Shown here: positions 17,908-28,201 of the stretch, piece by piece
Layout: the number at the start of each line of letters is the position of its first letter
Position numbering within the stretch: the first letter of the stretch is position 1
Source: Myxococcota bacterium
GTDB lineage: Bacteria; Myxococcota_A; Polyangia; Polyangiales; Houyiibacteriaceae
NCBI GenBank assembly: GCA_039030515.1
Contig: JBCCEA010000028.1
Span: 1-53,857 of the forward strand
DNA: 53,857 nucleotides
Direction: 5' to 3'
The notes under the pieces: model-generated
Databases searched by the model: none
What the model was told of the DNA's origin: nothing
Seen by the model: the letters and a program-made list of their open reading frames with translations, nothing else
Made by a program: the position numbers and the translations under genes

Positions 17908-19809
17908 CTAGGTATTTACGTGCCGCTGTGCAGCCTCGGTCATCAATCGCGTCATGCGTTCCGCAAAAACCGCAGGACTTTCGATCGGACTACCCTCTGC
18001 CAGCAACGCCTGATCGTAGACAAGCTCTACCCAGTTCGTCAGCGCCTCATCCTTGGGGTCTTGCTGATAAAGCTTCGATAGGCTCGCGATGAGTGGGTGG
18101 TTCGGATTCACTTCCAAGATGCGTTTTTGAGCGGGAAGCTGTTCATTTTGAAGCCGCATCAATCGCTCTAGATAAGGGGGGAGTCCACCCTGAGGCATCA
18201 CCAAGCAGGTCGGTGACGAAGTGAGCCGTTTGGAAATACGCACTTCGGACACATGCTCGCGAAGAATGTCGCTAAACCTGTTCAGCAGCTCAGCGATCTT
18301 CTCTTCGGAGCCGGAGTCTTCCGCTTCCGATGCATTCGGTACGGTGAGGTCTGCATCCATGGCAGACACCAGTTTTTTGTTCTGATACTCGTTTAGGCTC
18401 CCCACCGACCATTGATCGATTGGGTCGGTCATCAGCAGCACCTCAAAGCCTCGTTCCCGCAACGCTTCTAGATGAGGACCGTGTTCTAAGATATCTCGGG
18501 CAGCACCGAGCGCGTAGTAGATGGCGTCCTGCTCTTCAGGCATGCGTTCTACGTAGTCACTGAGGGAGGTGAGGCCCTCTACCTTGGTGCTTTCATAGCG
18601 AACGAGCTTGAGCAGTTTCTCTTTGTGTTCTGGCTCGAAGTGAAGTCCTTCTTTGAGAACTGCTCCGTAGGCGCTCCAGAATGTGGCGTAGTCGTCACTC
18701 TTCTCAAGCTTGCCGATCATCGTGAGCGCCTGCTTGACCACCTGATTCCGAATGGTCCGTGAGACGCGTGAGTCCTGCAGAATTTCGCGAGATACGTTGA
18801 GAGGCAGATCCTCGGAATCGACGACTCCTCGAACAAAGCGCAGCCACTTGGGCAAGACTTCGTCGCAGTCGTCCATGATGAAGACGCGCTTGACGTAGAG
18901 CCTCACCCCGTGCTGCGCGTCGGGCATGAATAGATCCGCTGGAGGCTTTTGAGGGATGAAGAGCAGCCCAGAGAACTCTTGGGTTCCTTCGATCTTGAAA
19001 TGTTGGTGGACGAGCGGGGGCTGCCAGTCGTGGGTCAGGTGCTTATAGAACTCGGCATACTGATCGTCGCTAACGTCGTGCGCGTTTTTGCGCCAAAGCG
19101 CAGTGCCTTGGTTCAGACGCTCATAGGCCCAACCCTGACTGCCGCCCTCGTCGTCTTTTTTTTCGACTCTGAGTTCGACCGGCGCGTGGATGTAGTCGGA
19201 ATAACGCTGAACAAGACCCCGAATCCGGTATTCTTCCAGGTACTCCTTTTGGTCGTCTTTGAGGTGCAGCGTGACATCGGTGCCCTGCTCGAGACGGCGC
19301 GCTCCTTCGATGATGAAGGTTTCCTTGCCGTCGGACATCCACCGAAATGCATCGCGACTCCCTGCCGAGCGCGTAGTCACCGTGACCCGATCTGCCACCA
19401 GGAACGCACTGTAAAACCCCACCCCGAACTGACCGATCAACTGGGGATCGTCGCCTGAAGACTCTTTCTTTGCTTCGGCAAGCTTCGACAGGAAGGCCTG
19501 GGTTCCCGAATGGGCTACCGTACCCAGATTCTCGACCAGCTCTTCCTCCGTCATCCCGACACCATTGTCGGAGAGGGTGAGCGTGCCTGCCTCGGCATCG
19601 ATTTCGATGCGGACCCGTAAGTCAGCGTCCTCTCCTTCGATGAGCTCAGGACTCGTGACCGCTCGAAATCGGAGCTTGTCGAGAGCGTCCGAAGCGTTGG
19701 AAATGAGCTCTCTCAGGAAGATCTCTTTATTGGAGTAGAGCGAGTTGATGACGAGGTGAAGAACTTGACTGACTTCAGCCTCAAAGCGGTGCGTCTTCGC
19801 TTCGGTCAT
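17908..19809 (-). CDS. htpG: Molecular chaperone HtpG (Hsp90)
   Basis: SLYSNKEIFLRELISNASDALDKLR; DNGVGM; IGQFGVGFYSAF; LYVKRVFI; GVVDSEDLPLNVSREILQ; LEVNPNHPLI. Confidence 0.98.
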   Translation of the reverse strand: MTEAKTHRFEAEVSQVLHLVINSLYSNKEIFLRELISNASDALDKLRFRAVTSPELIEGEDADLRVRIEIDAEAGTLTLSDNGVGMTEEELVENLGTVAHSGTQAFLSKLAEAKKESSGDDPQLIGQFGVGFYSAFLVADRVTVTTRSAGSRDAFRWMSDGKETFIIEGARRLEQGTDVTLHLKDDQKEYLEEYRIRGLVQRYSDYIHAPVELRVEKKDDEGGSQGWAYERLNQGTALWRKNAHDVSDDQYAEFYKHLTHDWQPPLVHQHFKIEGTQEFSGLLFIPQKPPADLFMPDAQHGVRLYVKRVFIMDDCDEVLPKWLRFVRGVVDSEDLPLNVSREILQDSRVSRTIRNQVVKQALTMIGKLEKSDDYATFWSAYGAVLKEGLHFEPEHKEKLLKLVRYESTKVEGLTSLSDYVERMPEEQDAIYYALGAARDILEHGPHLEALRERGFEVLLMTDPIDQWSVGSLNEYQNKKLVSAMDADLTVPNASEAEDSGSEEKIAELLNRFSDILREHVSEVRISKRLTSSPTCLVMPQGGLPPYLERLMRLQNEQLPAQKRILEVNPNHPLIASLSKLYQQDPKDEALTNWVELVYDQALLAEGSPIESPAVFAERMTRLMTEAAQRHVNT

Positions 19810-19938
19810 AGTGGGGCAACAATGGCCTCGGTCGGGCCGCTGTCAAGAGGAGGGACTCGTTGAAACCCGATCCTGCTCAGACCCCCCGATCAGAGCTGGG
19901 CCCGGTAGCGCGGTGCGGCTGGCCTTGGCTTCGGTAAG

Positions 19939-20802
19939 ATGCGCGATATGGGAGACATCGCCCTCGTCATCTATTCAGCTTTGCTTTGGTCGCTCCTTGA
20001 CGTTTCGCGAAAAAAGCTCTCTCAGCATCTTTCTCCACCGGCCGCAGTCGTTTGGCTCTCGCTCGGCTCCCTACCGTTCTTTCTCGCCTGGGCTGTAGCA
20101 GACGGAGAGTGGATTCAAGATTCTTCTTACGTACTGGTGGGCGGCCCGATCGTGCTTTTACAACTGCTGGCCAACGTGCTGTTCATCCAGGCCGTTCAGA
20201 TTTCGCCCCTCAGCCTCACGGTGCCTTTCTTGTCGTTGACCTCGGTATTCTCTGCAGGTTTTGCTTTTCTAGCGCTTCAAGAACATTTGGTTCCGGTTCA
20301 GTGGATTGGGATCGGCGGCGTTCTCTTTGGTTCGTTTTTTCTGCGGGAGGGGCTACGCAAAAAAGCCCACTCTTCTCGACTCGAAGTGGGCGGCGTACTC
20401 ATGATCGTGGTTGCGCTGATCTGGTCGGTCACGTCCGCCCTCGACAAAGTCGCTCTTCGAAGTGCTTCCGTACCGGCCCATGCGCTCATTCAAACCGTCG
20501 GGGTCGGAGCGATCTCTTTGCTTTGGTTGGTCGTACGCGGAAACCTGAGGGAACTGGCTTCTGTGCGACAGATCTGGAAGGTCTTCGCCTTTGCGGTAGT
20601 CGCGCTGACGGCAGCTCAGGCGCTGCAGCTCCTGGCGATTCGCTCGGTCCCGGTAGGTTTGGTGGAAAGCCTGAAACGCGGCTTGGGTCTTTTGGCGAGC
20701 GTTCTGCTCGGTCGCTTGGTCTTTGCTGAAGAACTAACCAGGGCAAAGCTCACTGCGGCCGTGTTCATGGGTTTGGGCAGCGCGCTTCTCATACTGGGCT
20801 AG
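19939..20802 (+). CDS. EamA/DMT-superfamily transporter
   Basis: 287 aa with about 10 hydrophobic helices in two repeats (AVQISPLSLTVPFL...LQEHL; VESLKR...FAEEL). Confidence 0.88.
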   Translation: MRDMGDIALVIYSALLWSLLDVSRKKLSQHLSPPAAVVWLSLGSLPFFLAWAVADGEWIQDSSYVLVGGPIVLLQLLANVLFIQAVQISPLSLTVPFLSLTSVFSAGFAFLALQEHLVPVQWIGIGGVLFGSFFLREGLRKKAHSSRLEVGGVLMIVVALIWSVTSALDKVALRSASVPAHALIQTVGVGAISLLWLVVRGNLRELASVRQIWKVFAFAVVALTAAQALQLLAIRSVPVGLVESLKRGLGLLASVLLGRLVFAEELTRAKLTAAVFMGLGSALLILG

Positions 20803-20868
20803 GTGGGATCATGCTGGGCCAGGTGGGATCATGCTGGGCTAGGTCGGATCATCCTGGGCCAGGTCGGA
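20794..20868 (+). repeat. 20-bp tandem repeat (about 3.7 copies) spanning the EamA stop codon
   Basis: CTGGGC(T/C)AGGT(G/C)GGATCAT(G/C) at 20794, 20814 and 20834, with a partial copy at 20854. Confidence 0.85.
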
Positions 20869-20872
20869 GATT

Positions 20873-22174
20873 TTGGTCTTTGCACGGGAACATGGCACAC
20901 CGGTGGTCATGCGTTTGTCGCATCAGGACGCTTTGACGGGGCGGACAGGGGGCTTTCGTTCCGGTGCCTGCAGCATTGTCCGAACGGGAAAGAACGATTT
21001 CGCTTTCGGGGCACTGCTGTTTACGATCCTTACCTTGAGCGTCAGGGTCAGTCTCGGTCAGTCTCATTCGGGTTCCGAGGGGTCCCAGCACGCGCCAGCA
21101 CCCGAGCATCATCTCACGCCACGCCGCTCTCCACCACGCCGCTCTCCACCACGCGGGCACGAAACCGCTTTTGATCACGACGAGCCAGAGGACAACAGCC
21201 CCTATATTGTCCGTGGAAGACCTGGCGAGACGCCTTCCGAGCGAGATCCCGGCGAAGGCATGCGCGACGACCGCACTTCAGGGCCAAGGGCAGCAGCATC
21301 GCCGACCGCCCCGCGCTCGAACACGAGAGTAGAGTCACGTGCAATTCAGCACGCACCGAGCAAATCTGAGATGAGTGCACCGCGAGAACACGAGCCAGAG
21401 CGGGGTGCACCCTCTGCCGAGCAGCCTGCGCAGGCCGCAGAATCAGATCCGCTGCCTGTCGAGGCTACAACCGACGCCGCGCTGAACGCATCCACCTTCC
21501 GGAGTCGAAGCGTTTCGATTGGAGCGTGTAACGGGGGCAGCTTGCGTCGCGGAGTACATCTCAGGTCCTCGAGCACGATTGTGGTTCGGGAGAGCAATCC
21601 TGTTCGATACGGAACCCGAGAACTCGTCGATATGCTCAAGCGATCCTCTCAAGCAGTCACGGCTCGCTTCCCGGGGTCCAAGCTCTTTGTCGGAGACCTA
21701 TCGGAGCGCCGAGGCGGCAGAGTTCACCCGCATCGATCCCATCGGAGCGGACGGGATGCGGACGTCGGTTTTTACGTCATGAGCGAAAGAAGCGCGCCGG
21801 CAAGCGTTCACCAGTTCTTACACATGCGACGTAACGGCACTGCGGTTGATCGACGAGGCAGAAGCTATCGGTTCGATGTGGCACGCAACTGGGCCCTTGT
21901 GGAGTCGATGTTGAGGGACCCGGTGGCCCGCGTGCAATACATCTTCGTCGCGAGCTGGCTTTCCCGGAGACTGCTATCCCATGCCCGAAGCAGCGGGGCG
22001 CAGCCGGAACTGATCGCGCGCGCCGATACCGTCATGCGGCAGCCGGCCGGATCTCCGCACGACTCGCACTTTCACGTGCGCATTTACTGCCCGGTCGACG
22101 ATCGCCACCGATGTAGCGACGATCCTCCCTACCACCCATGGTTTGAGGGAACGCCAAGTCGCCCAAGAAGGTAG
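20873..22174 (+). CDS. Penicillin-insensitive murein endopeptidase (MepA / peptidase M74 family) with an N-terminal hydrophobic segment and long disordered linker
   Basis: GGSLRRG, RYGT, LFVGDLSERRGG, HRSHRSGRDAD, HDSHFHVRIYCP. Start is uncertain. Confidence 0.85.
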   Translation: MVFAREHGTPVVMRLSHQDALTGRTGGFRSGACSIVRTGKNDFAFGALLFTILTLSVRVSLGQSHSGSEGSQHAPAPEHHLTPRRSPPRRSPPRGHETAFDHDEPEDNSPYIVRGRPGETPSERDPGEGMRDDRTSGPRAAASPTAPRSNTRVESRAIQHAPSKSEMSAPREHEPERGAPSAEQPAQAAESDPLPVEATTDAALNASTFRSRSVSIGACNGGSLRRGVHLRSSSTIVVRESNPVRYGTRELVDMLKRSSQAVTARFPGSKLFVGDLSERRGGRVHPHRSHRSGRDADVGFYVMSERSAPASVHQFLHMRRNGTAVDRRGRSYRFDVARNWALVESMLRDPVARVQYIFVASWLSRRLLSHARSSGAQPELIARADTVMRQPAGSPHDSHFHVRIYCPVDDRHRCSDDPPYHPWFEGTPSRPRR

Positions 22175-22220
22175 AGCGAACGCGAGGTAGAGCGATCACC
22201 GGGGAAACTCAAGGGACGCA

Positions 22221-23318
22221 CTAAAGGTCTACGACTGGTAGCCCCTGCCGAATCTTGTCTCTGGGTCGCTTCGATACGTTCTCCAGCCGAAGCACGCCTC
22301 TCGGACACATATGGGCGCACATTCCGCATCCCACGCAGGATGCCCGGGTAAAACTCTGATTGCTCTGGGCGTAGCTCCGAACGTCGATACCCATCTCGCA
22401 GTAGGTTGTGCAGTTGCCGCAAGAGATACACATGTCGGGTTTGACGGAGATTCGGAAACGTCCGAGCTTTTGCCAAAGACCTAACAGAGCGGCCATGGGG
22501 CAGAAGTTCCGGCACCACACGCGTGGTCCGAAGATCGGATAGAGACCGGTTCCCACGACCCCGGCCAAAATAGAGCCTACAACCGCGCCATAAAGGCTTT
22601 TCAAAGACCACCATTGGCCACCGGCGACGTACCGACGAAACCCGTCGTGACTCGCGCCAAGGATGTGCTCCAGGATGAGCAAAAAGGTAGACGCGATCGC
22701 CAGAAACATCACGGTGTGCACGGCGCGCTGCTCGAAGCGCCAAGACCGAGTCGAGGTCGCGGTCAGGTGCCTCCACGGATCACCAAACGTGTTGGCAAGA
22801 CCTCCACATCCGCAGACCCAGGAGCAGTACCAGCGCTTCCCGTAAAAGTAGGCCAGCAAAGGGGCCGCGACCAGTGAGCCAAGAATCACATACACTGCAA
22901 GAAACACGGGCAGGCTTTGAAGGGTGCCTGGATGCATCTTGTACCAGTCGAGCGGCCAGAGATACGAAGCGTAAAACTCAGGTCCACCGAACAAGGGCAT
23001 GACCAGCGGGAGGGTAAACGCCAGTACGATTTGCACCGAGACATTGATCAGAATGCGTAGCTGATTGTATCGACTGTTGCCGTGGCGACTAAGGTAGTAC
23101 GCAGCCCCAATGAGCATGGCGATCGTATAAAGAAAACCGTAGAACACCCACTTGTTTCGAAACCCCAGCGAAGCGACCGACGCGTCGAGAACACTGGTGA
23201 AGTAGAGCAGTAGATAAAAGACGATGAGGCTGAGTGAAGCGAGAATGCCCGCCACGCCTCGGTTCCGGTAGCTCACTCGAAACGTGTGAAGAAGTCCGTT
23301 TTGGCCCTGCAAATACAT
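22221..23318 (-). CDS. Membrane polyferredoxin (NapH/RdxA-like 4Fe-4S binding protein)
   Basis: Transmembrane helices; GKRWYCSWVCGCG and RVWCRNFCPM; two CxxCxxCxxxC motifs (CISCGNCTTYC, CVGCGMCAHMCP). Confidence 0.9.
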   Translation of the reverse strand: MYLQGQNGLLHTFRVSYRNRGVAGILASLSLIVFYLLLYFTSVLDASVASLGFRNKWVFYGFLYTIAMLIGAAYYLSRHGNSRYNQLRILINVSVQIVLAFTLPLVMPLFGGPEFYASYLWPLDWYKMHPGTLQSLPVFLAVYVILGSLVAAPLLAYFYGKRWYCSWVCGCGGLANTFGDPWRHLTATSTRSWRFEQRAVHTVMFLAIASTFLLILEHILGASHDGFRRYVAGGQWWSLKSLYGAVVGSILAGVVGTGLYPIFGPRVWCRNFCPMAALLGLWQKLGRFRISVKPDMCISCGNCTTYCEMGIDVRSYAQSNQSFTRASCVGCGMCAHMCPRGVLRLENVSKRPRDKIRQGLPVVDL

Positions 23319-23321
23319 AAC

Positions 23322-24767
23322 TCAAAATCCTGACACCGCGTTGGTGCTTCGTGATCGATCGCCGTCCTCCGGCAAAGCCCTTGGAAGCTCCTCAGGGAGA
23401 CGAAGGGGTGGAACGAACTCGGTGTCGAAACTCGCCTCTCCTAAGTGCTTCAGAACCCAGTCGAGACTTCGCTTCTCTTCAATCCACCGCAGCAATATCT
23501 GATGGTCCCATCGGCGTCCGAGAAAATTGAACCCAACGACGCGATCACCGCTGAGCACGATACGGCTGGTGCTGTGAACCGAACCCTGTTCTTCGAAGAA
23601 CCAGCTCCTCTCGTCTTCTACGCTCATGTTCACGAGCCCAGCCGTGGTGTATTCGATATCCATGAGCTTGGCCGAGTTGTACCAGAGCCCGCGCTCGTAG
23701 TTTGCGGAGTCTCCCAAGAGCCGACGACCCGCAAGCCGCCCCTGATCGCGGGAGGTGTACCAGAGTTGCTCGGGACGCTGCCAACCGTTGTACCAGCGCA
23801 CCGAAGCGCAATCACCAGCAGCAAAAATACCTAGATCGCGCTCGGGATCATGGCTGAGGTGCGCCGCCAGTCCGGAGTCGACTTTGATGCCTCCGCGTTC
23901 ATCGAGCATCAAACTCGAGGCGCGAAGCCACTCTGTATTCGGCACAACACCGATGGCCACTACACATAGATCGCAGGGATAGATGCCCCGATCGGTAGAA
24001 ACTCCGGTAACGAGTTCCTCCTCTCCTAGGAACGACTCGATCTGTTCTCCGAGTCGCACATCGACACCGTGACGACACATGCGACTGGTGATCCAAGCCG
24101 CTTCACGGGAATCAAGCGCAATTGGCCAGAACCATTCTTCTCGAATAAAAAACCGACTCTCGATCTTCATCGATGCGAGTACCTCAACCGCTTCAATACC
24201 GATAAGGCCCCCTCCGACGACGACCGGGTTCTTCGGCGGACTACCGCGTTGTGCACGTGCCGATGGTCTCGGGTAGTAGGGGGAATCGACGCTACTTGAA
24301 GTCACGTGCGCGTCTGGAAACAAAGGACGCCCAGCAGGGCCCGGTCCTCCATGGAGCTCTTTTTCAAACCACTCCAAATCTTGCATGGATACAAAGTGTC
24401 CAATGCCAACCTTCTCTCTCCCAGGCCACGGCGCTGGCCGAGGACGACTCCCACAAGCGATGAGCAGGCGATCGTACCCAACTCGAGGTAGCGCACCCGC
24501 AAGCCACACCTCGCGGGTCTCTACATCGATGCCGATGGCCCTCGCGCGAATACGTTTGAACTGCAAGCGCTCGTAGATGTCTCGTTCAAAAGGTTCGATG
24601 CATCGATGACTGAGTTGCCCGGTAGCCACCCACATCAACGCCGTTCGAGAAAAACAGTGATGTGATTCCTCAGAAATTACCGTGATTTCCCAATCCGGTT
24701 CACGCTGCCGGACCGTGAGGGCCGCCTCCATACCGGCGATTCCATTGCCTAGGATAACGATGTGCAT
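23322..24767 (-). CDS. FAD-dependent NAD(P)H oxidoreductase (pyridine nucleotide-disulfide family, ferredoxin/rubredoxin reductase-like)
   Basis: IVILGNGIAG; YDRLLIACGS; VVVGGGLIGIE; VAIGVVPN; IFAAGDCA. Ends 3 bp before the polyferredoxin start. Confidence 0.9.
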   Translation of the reverse strand: MHIVILGNGIAGMEAALTVRQREPDWEITVISEESHHCFSRTALMWVATGQLSHRCIEPFERDIYERLQFKRIRARAIGIDVETREVWLAGALPRVGYDRLLIACGSRPRPAPWPGREKVGIGHFVSMQDLEWFEKELHGGPGPAGRPLFPDAHVTSSSVDSPYYPRPSARAQRGSPPKNPVVVGGGLIGIEAVEVLASMKIESRFFIREEWFWPIALDSREAAWITSRMCRHGVDVRLGEQIESFLGEEELVTGVSTDRGIYPCDLCVVAIGVVPNTEWLRASSLMLDERGGIKVDSGLAAHLSHDPERDLGIFAAGDCASVRWYNGWQRPEQLWYTSRDQGRLAGRRLLGDSANYERGLWYNSAKLMDIEYTTAGLVNMSVEDERSWFFEEQGSVHSTSRIVLSGDRVVGFNFLGRRWDHQILLRWIEEKRSLDWVLKHLGEASFDTEFVPPLRLPEELPRALPEDGDRSRSTNAVSGF

Positions 24768-24890
24768 GGATAGTCGTGTATGCAGGTGGAGAGGTTGCAG
24801 TTACCGAGAATCGAACCGTTCACGGTGCGAGATGAGGTGTCCCAGCAGACACGCCGCGCGGCGAAACTGCAGTAGAACTGCTGAAGCGAG

Positions 24891-25568
24891 CTAAGCAGTC
24901 GCAAGCCGGGTCATCAATAGTACGTGGCTACCCTGATCCCCGTGGATTGTCAGAGCCATCATCCGGTGATTGCGGGCCACTGCCACCGTAGTCGGTCTGC
25001 AATCCAGAGCTCGATCCAAATGTCGTCGCGACAGGTAGTCGGTTTCTGGGCAAATTGGTGACTGAGGGTATGACCGGGCGGGATTGGACTGCACCCCACA
25101 CTCCATATCGAAAATCCATCGGCGGTAGCCACCTCGAGTTTCATACTCTACCGAGAGAAATGCGCCGCTAGGAGAAAAGCAAAGTCGATCGACCCGATGA
25201 AATCGCATTCCAAGGTCCAATATCTCGAACGAGCGACTGAATCCTCGGTCCGACAAATGATGGTTCAGTGCATCGGTACTCGGAGACGCATCGGTACTCG
25301 GAGACGCATCGGTATCCGGAGGCGCATCGTTATCCGGAGACGCATCGAGATTTGAATAAAATAGATTGTCGAACACTCGTGCGACAGAGGGAGTCCTCAA
25401 CACAAATCTGCAAAGTGCGGCATGCAGCTCGACTGCCACAGGTATCCAGCCTTTCGCCGGAGCTGGGCTAAGAAAATGAATCCCGCTCTCTTCCCTGGCT
25501 AGAGCACTCGTGTCGGTGTCCGCAGCGGCGTCCCGATAAGTGGCTGTGTCTTGGAGATTCAGGTGCAT
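24891..25568 (-). CDS. Hypothetical protein with an 18-bp internal repeat (DASPST-like) and beta-propeller-like segments
   Basis: 225-aa ATG ORF; repeat at about 25270-25345; LCFSPSGAFLSVE resembles a WD40 blade. Confidence 0.5.
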   Translation of the reverse strand: MHLNLQDTATYRDAAADTDTSALAREESGIHFLSPAPAKGWIPVAVELHAALCRFVLRTPSVARVFDNLFYSNLDASPDNDAPPDTDASPSTDASPSTDALNHHLSDRGFSRSFEILDLGMRFHRVDRLCFSPSGAFLSVEYETRGGYRRWIFDMECGVQSNPARSYPQSPICPETDYLSRRHLDRALDCRPTTVAVARNHRMMALTIHGDQGSHVLLMTRLATA

Positions 25569-25725
25569 TCTAGGGGTCTTTGTCGCAAAAGCTGATCTCG
25601 TTTGCTAGTTTTCTTCGATCCAGCAGACCGAAACGATCTCTTTAGAAGCACGGGCTGGGTTCCTCATACGGGAACGCATGATACGCCTGCCTTCTTCCAA
25701 TCTGCCTTCGACGAACCGAGAACGC

Positions 25726-27138
25726 TTATCTCTGAAGGGCGGGGGGTCGACAAGCCGTTTCGTATCCGCCGTTGCAGGCTTGTCGGTACAGCTGTAACGC
25801 ACGCTCCAAGTCTCGAGGTCCTCCAAGACCACTCTCAACCAAATGACCAAGTCTGGCGCAGCCCATCATGCTTCCGCCATCGCAACCCCGTTCGAAGTAC
25901 AGTCGGGCTCGCCGTCGACTCCTTGGAAGCACTTCACCGATATCAAACATCATCGCCAAACGGGTGCATGCGATCGCATGGCCTCGGCTACACGCCAACT
26001 CGAAAAGCCTCTGAGCTTGACCGTGATCTCGCCCCACTCCAGCACCTTGCAGGTAGAGTGCACCCAGCTCTGTGCAGGCGGGCACGTACTCACCTCGGCA
26101 AGACCACTCAAAAAGTGCACGGGCTTTTCTGGGAGAGACCGGCGTTCCTCTCCCGAAACGGTGCAGGACCCCTAGCTCTGTACAGGCCGGCAAATAACTG
26201 CCTTCACACCCTTTATCGAAGAGTCGCTTGGCCTCTAAAAAGTCTTGAGACACTTCTATTCCTCGCAGGTAGAGCCTTCCAAGACCATGGCATCCTTTGG
26301 GATCGCCGCCCTCGCAAGCGCGTGCGAAAAGGCGGAGGGCGATGCGGGTATCGGCTTGGGGCGCTTCTTCCACGAGCTCGCCGAGATTCGCACAACCGCG
26401 GAGTGATCCGGCCCGGCAAGCTTCGCGATAGAGACGTTCTGCACGAGCCCGATCAAGCTCCACCCCGTGTCCTCGGTGATAAAGCGTGCCCAGCCTCACA
26501 CATCCAACGATCAAATCTGCATCACAGGAGGCCTTAAAGAGACTGAATGCGCGTCGTGCATTGCGGTGGACCCCAAGTCCCTCGGCGTAAATTGTGCCGA
26601 GTTCCGCACACGACAAAGCATCGCCATCGACGCATCCAACCCGAAGCGCTGCCCTTGCTCGGGGAAAGTCTTGTGCTTCGCCGCGCTCGAGTAAGTAGCG
26701 GCCGAAGCGTCCGCAGGCAGTCGTACTTCCCGCCTGGCACTTCACCCCGTCGAGTTCGTTCTGTACTGCACTGTTGTCGCCGCGCGCCGCACTGTTGGTT
26801 TGAGCTGCACTGTCGGTTTGAGCTGCACTGTCGGTTTGAGCTGCACTGTCGGTCTGATTTGTGAGCCCAGAGGATGCACCTGATCCTGTTCCTTGGGGCG
26901 GTGTCGCTTGGTGGAATCGCGCTTCCAGGGCTGCAGTCGAAACGGGGGGTGCCGCATGGCTACTGCATCCGAGCTGGCTACCGCACCCGAGCAACACCGC
27001 GGCCAACAACAACCAATCGAGCCGTTCGACCCCAAACGTGGAACGCCCGGAACGCGGTGTACGCGGACTTGAACTCGAACGTGGAGGATGCCTAGGGTTG
27101 GAGTACATCAGACCCGTTCCTTCGGTTAACTTCCCCAC
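25726..27138 (-). CDS. Sel1-like repeat (Hcp-type, cysteine-paired) exported protein, probable lipoprotein
   Basis: Ten Cx7C pairs in about 36-aa repeats (e.g. CAELGTIYAEGLGVHRNARRAFSLFKASC); hydrophobic LLLAAVLLGC segment; TDSAAQ repeated 3-4 times. Start may be the ATG at 27108. Confidence 0.9.
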   Translation of the reverse strand: MGKLTEGTGLMYSNPRHPPRSSSSPRTPRSGRSTFGVERLDWLLLAAVLLGCGSQLGCSSHAAPPVSTAALEARFHQATPPQGTGSGASSGLTNQTDSAAQTDSAAQTDSAAQTNSAARGDNSAVQNELDGVKCQAGSTTACGRFGRYLLERGEAQDFPRARAALRVGCVDGDALSCAELGTIYAEGLGVHRNARRAFSLFKASCDADLIVGCVRLGTLYHRGHGVELDRARAERLYREACRAGSLRGCANLGELVEEAPQADTRIALRLFARACEGGDPKGCHGLGRLYLRGIEVSQDFLEAKRLFDKGCEGSYLPACTELGVLHRFGRGTPVSPRKARALFEWSCRGEYVPACTELGALYLQGAGVGRDHGQAQRLFELACSRGHAIACTRLAMMFDIGEVLPRSRRRARLYFERGCDGGSMMGCARLGHLVESGLGGPRDLERALQLYRQACNGGYETACRPPALQR

Positions 27139-27618
27139 TCTCTCCTAGCTGAGAGCAAAAGCCCATTTTTTGTGCACGGCAAAAATTCACTGATTTTGAT
27201 CGTTCAGAACTCGCTCGACTTCTTCCGTCTCGAAGTACGGCACCGGCAAGGCGACGTGAATGACGCGTTAGGCGCTTTTTTTCTGAGGAATCGGATGCGA
27301 GCAGGAGGAGTGTGGCATTTTTGTGAACTTTAGCAAACAGGCTCGAGACATCACGCATCTGCTCTGACGAGGGTCGCTTCGGCGACTTCGCGCGGCATGT
27401 CTTCCTAGCAGCCACTTCGGATGCCGATGTGGGGGATTTCATGACGGGCTAAGATAGCCGCTGCTTTAGCCGAGTGGTGTGAGAAAGATTAGGCCTTGTG
27501 GGGTATCCGCCACAACATTGCAGTCTCGATGTTGCATGCGCGCTCATGCTGTCATCTTGTGGCAGTTACCGTCACAAATCTCTTGGTTCACCGCCAAAAA
27601 TTTCATGCACCAGTGACG

Positions 27619-28071
27619 CTAAAGTGATTGCGCGCGGACAACGCATTCATCGACCTGAGCGCAACTTGAGCGATTACATGTAGAATAGGTATCGAAATAA
27701 CACTGCTCCAATTCGCAGATCGTTACTTCACAAAATACCCCTTCCTCAGAGAGCAGACTGAGATCGCCTACGCAATTTGGTAGTGGCTGAATCATTATAT
27801 CGCCGCAGAGAACTGGCTCGAAACGCACTTCTTCCCAAGTACAGAATGTGCCCCAGTCTGCAAGCGTCATATCCTGAATCTGAGTCTCTATCGGAAGCAA
27901 CGTTTGCCCAACCGAGGACCCTGGGGTGCAAGGCGCAGCTCCCGCGTCGGCCACTACGGACGCATCTAGCGGGGGCGGGGGCGGAGGCGGAGGCGGTCTG
28001 TCTTCGTCGAACGAATCACTGCAGCCAGTCCAAAAGAGCAACGCCAACAAAGCGTTCCTGCGATCGCGCAA
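27619..28071 (-). CDS. Small Cys-rich lipoprotein with a poly-Pro linker
   Basis: TTG start preceded by GAGGA; MRDRRNALLALLFWTGC signal/lipobox; nine consecutive Pro; Cys-rich C-terminus. Confidence 0.7.
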   Translation of the reverse strand: MRDRRNALLALLFWTGCSDSFDEDRPPPPPPPPPLDASVVADAGAAPCTPGSSVGQTLLPIETQIQDMTLADWGTFCTWEEVRFEPVLCGDIMIQPLPNCVGDLSLLSEEGVFCEVTICELEQCYFDTYSTCNRSSCAQVDECVVRAQSL

Positions 28072-28201
28072 AGAATCCTCCCAGGCCGATCTAGAGGTGC
28101 ACAGTCTATCTCAAAGTTCGCAGAAACGGGTCTGCCTAACCGAAGTGAGACACTAAAGCGGATAGAGTCCCTAGTTCACGCATTCTTGCCAACCACTCGA
28201 G

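Noticed and set aside
20052..20729. 225-aa alternative-frame ORF
   Set aside because: It is nested in the EamA gene and has the Arg/Ser-rich composition typical of GC-rich off-frame ORFs.
25602..26537. 311-aa ORF on the + strand
   Set aside because: It is antisense to the well-supported Sel1-repeat gene and has no motif.
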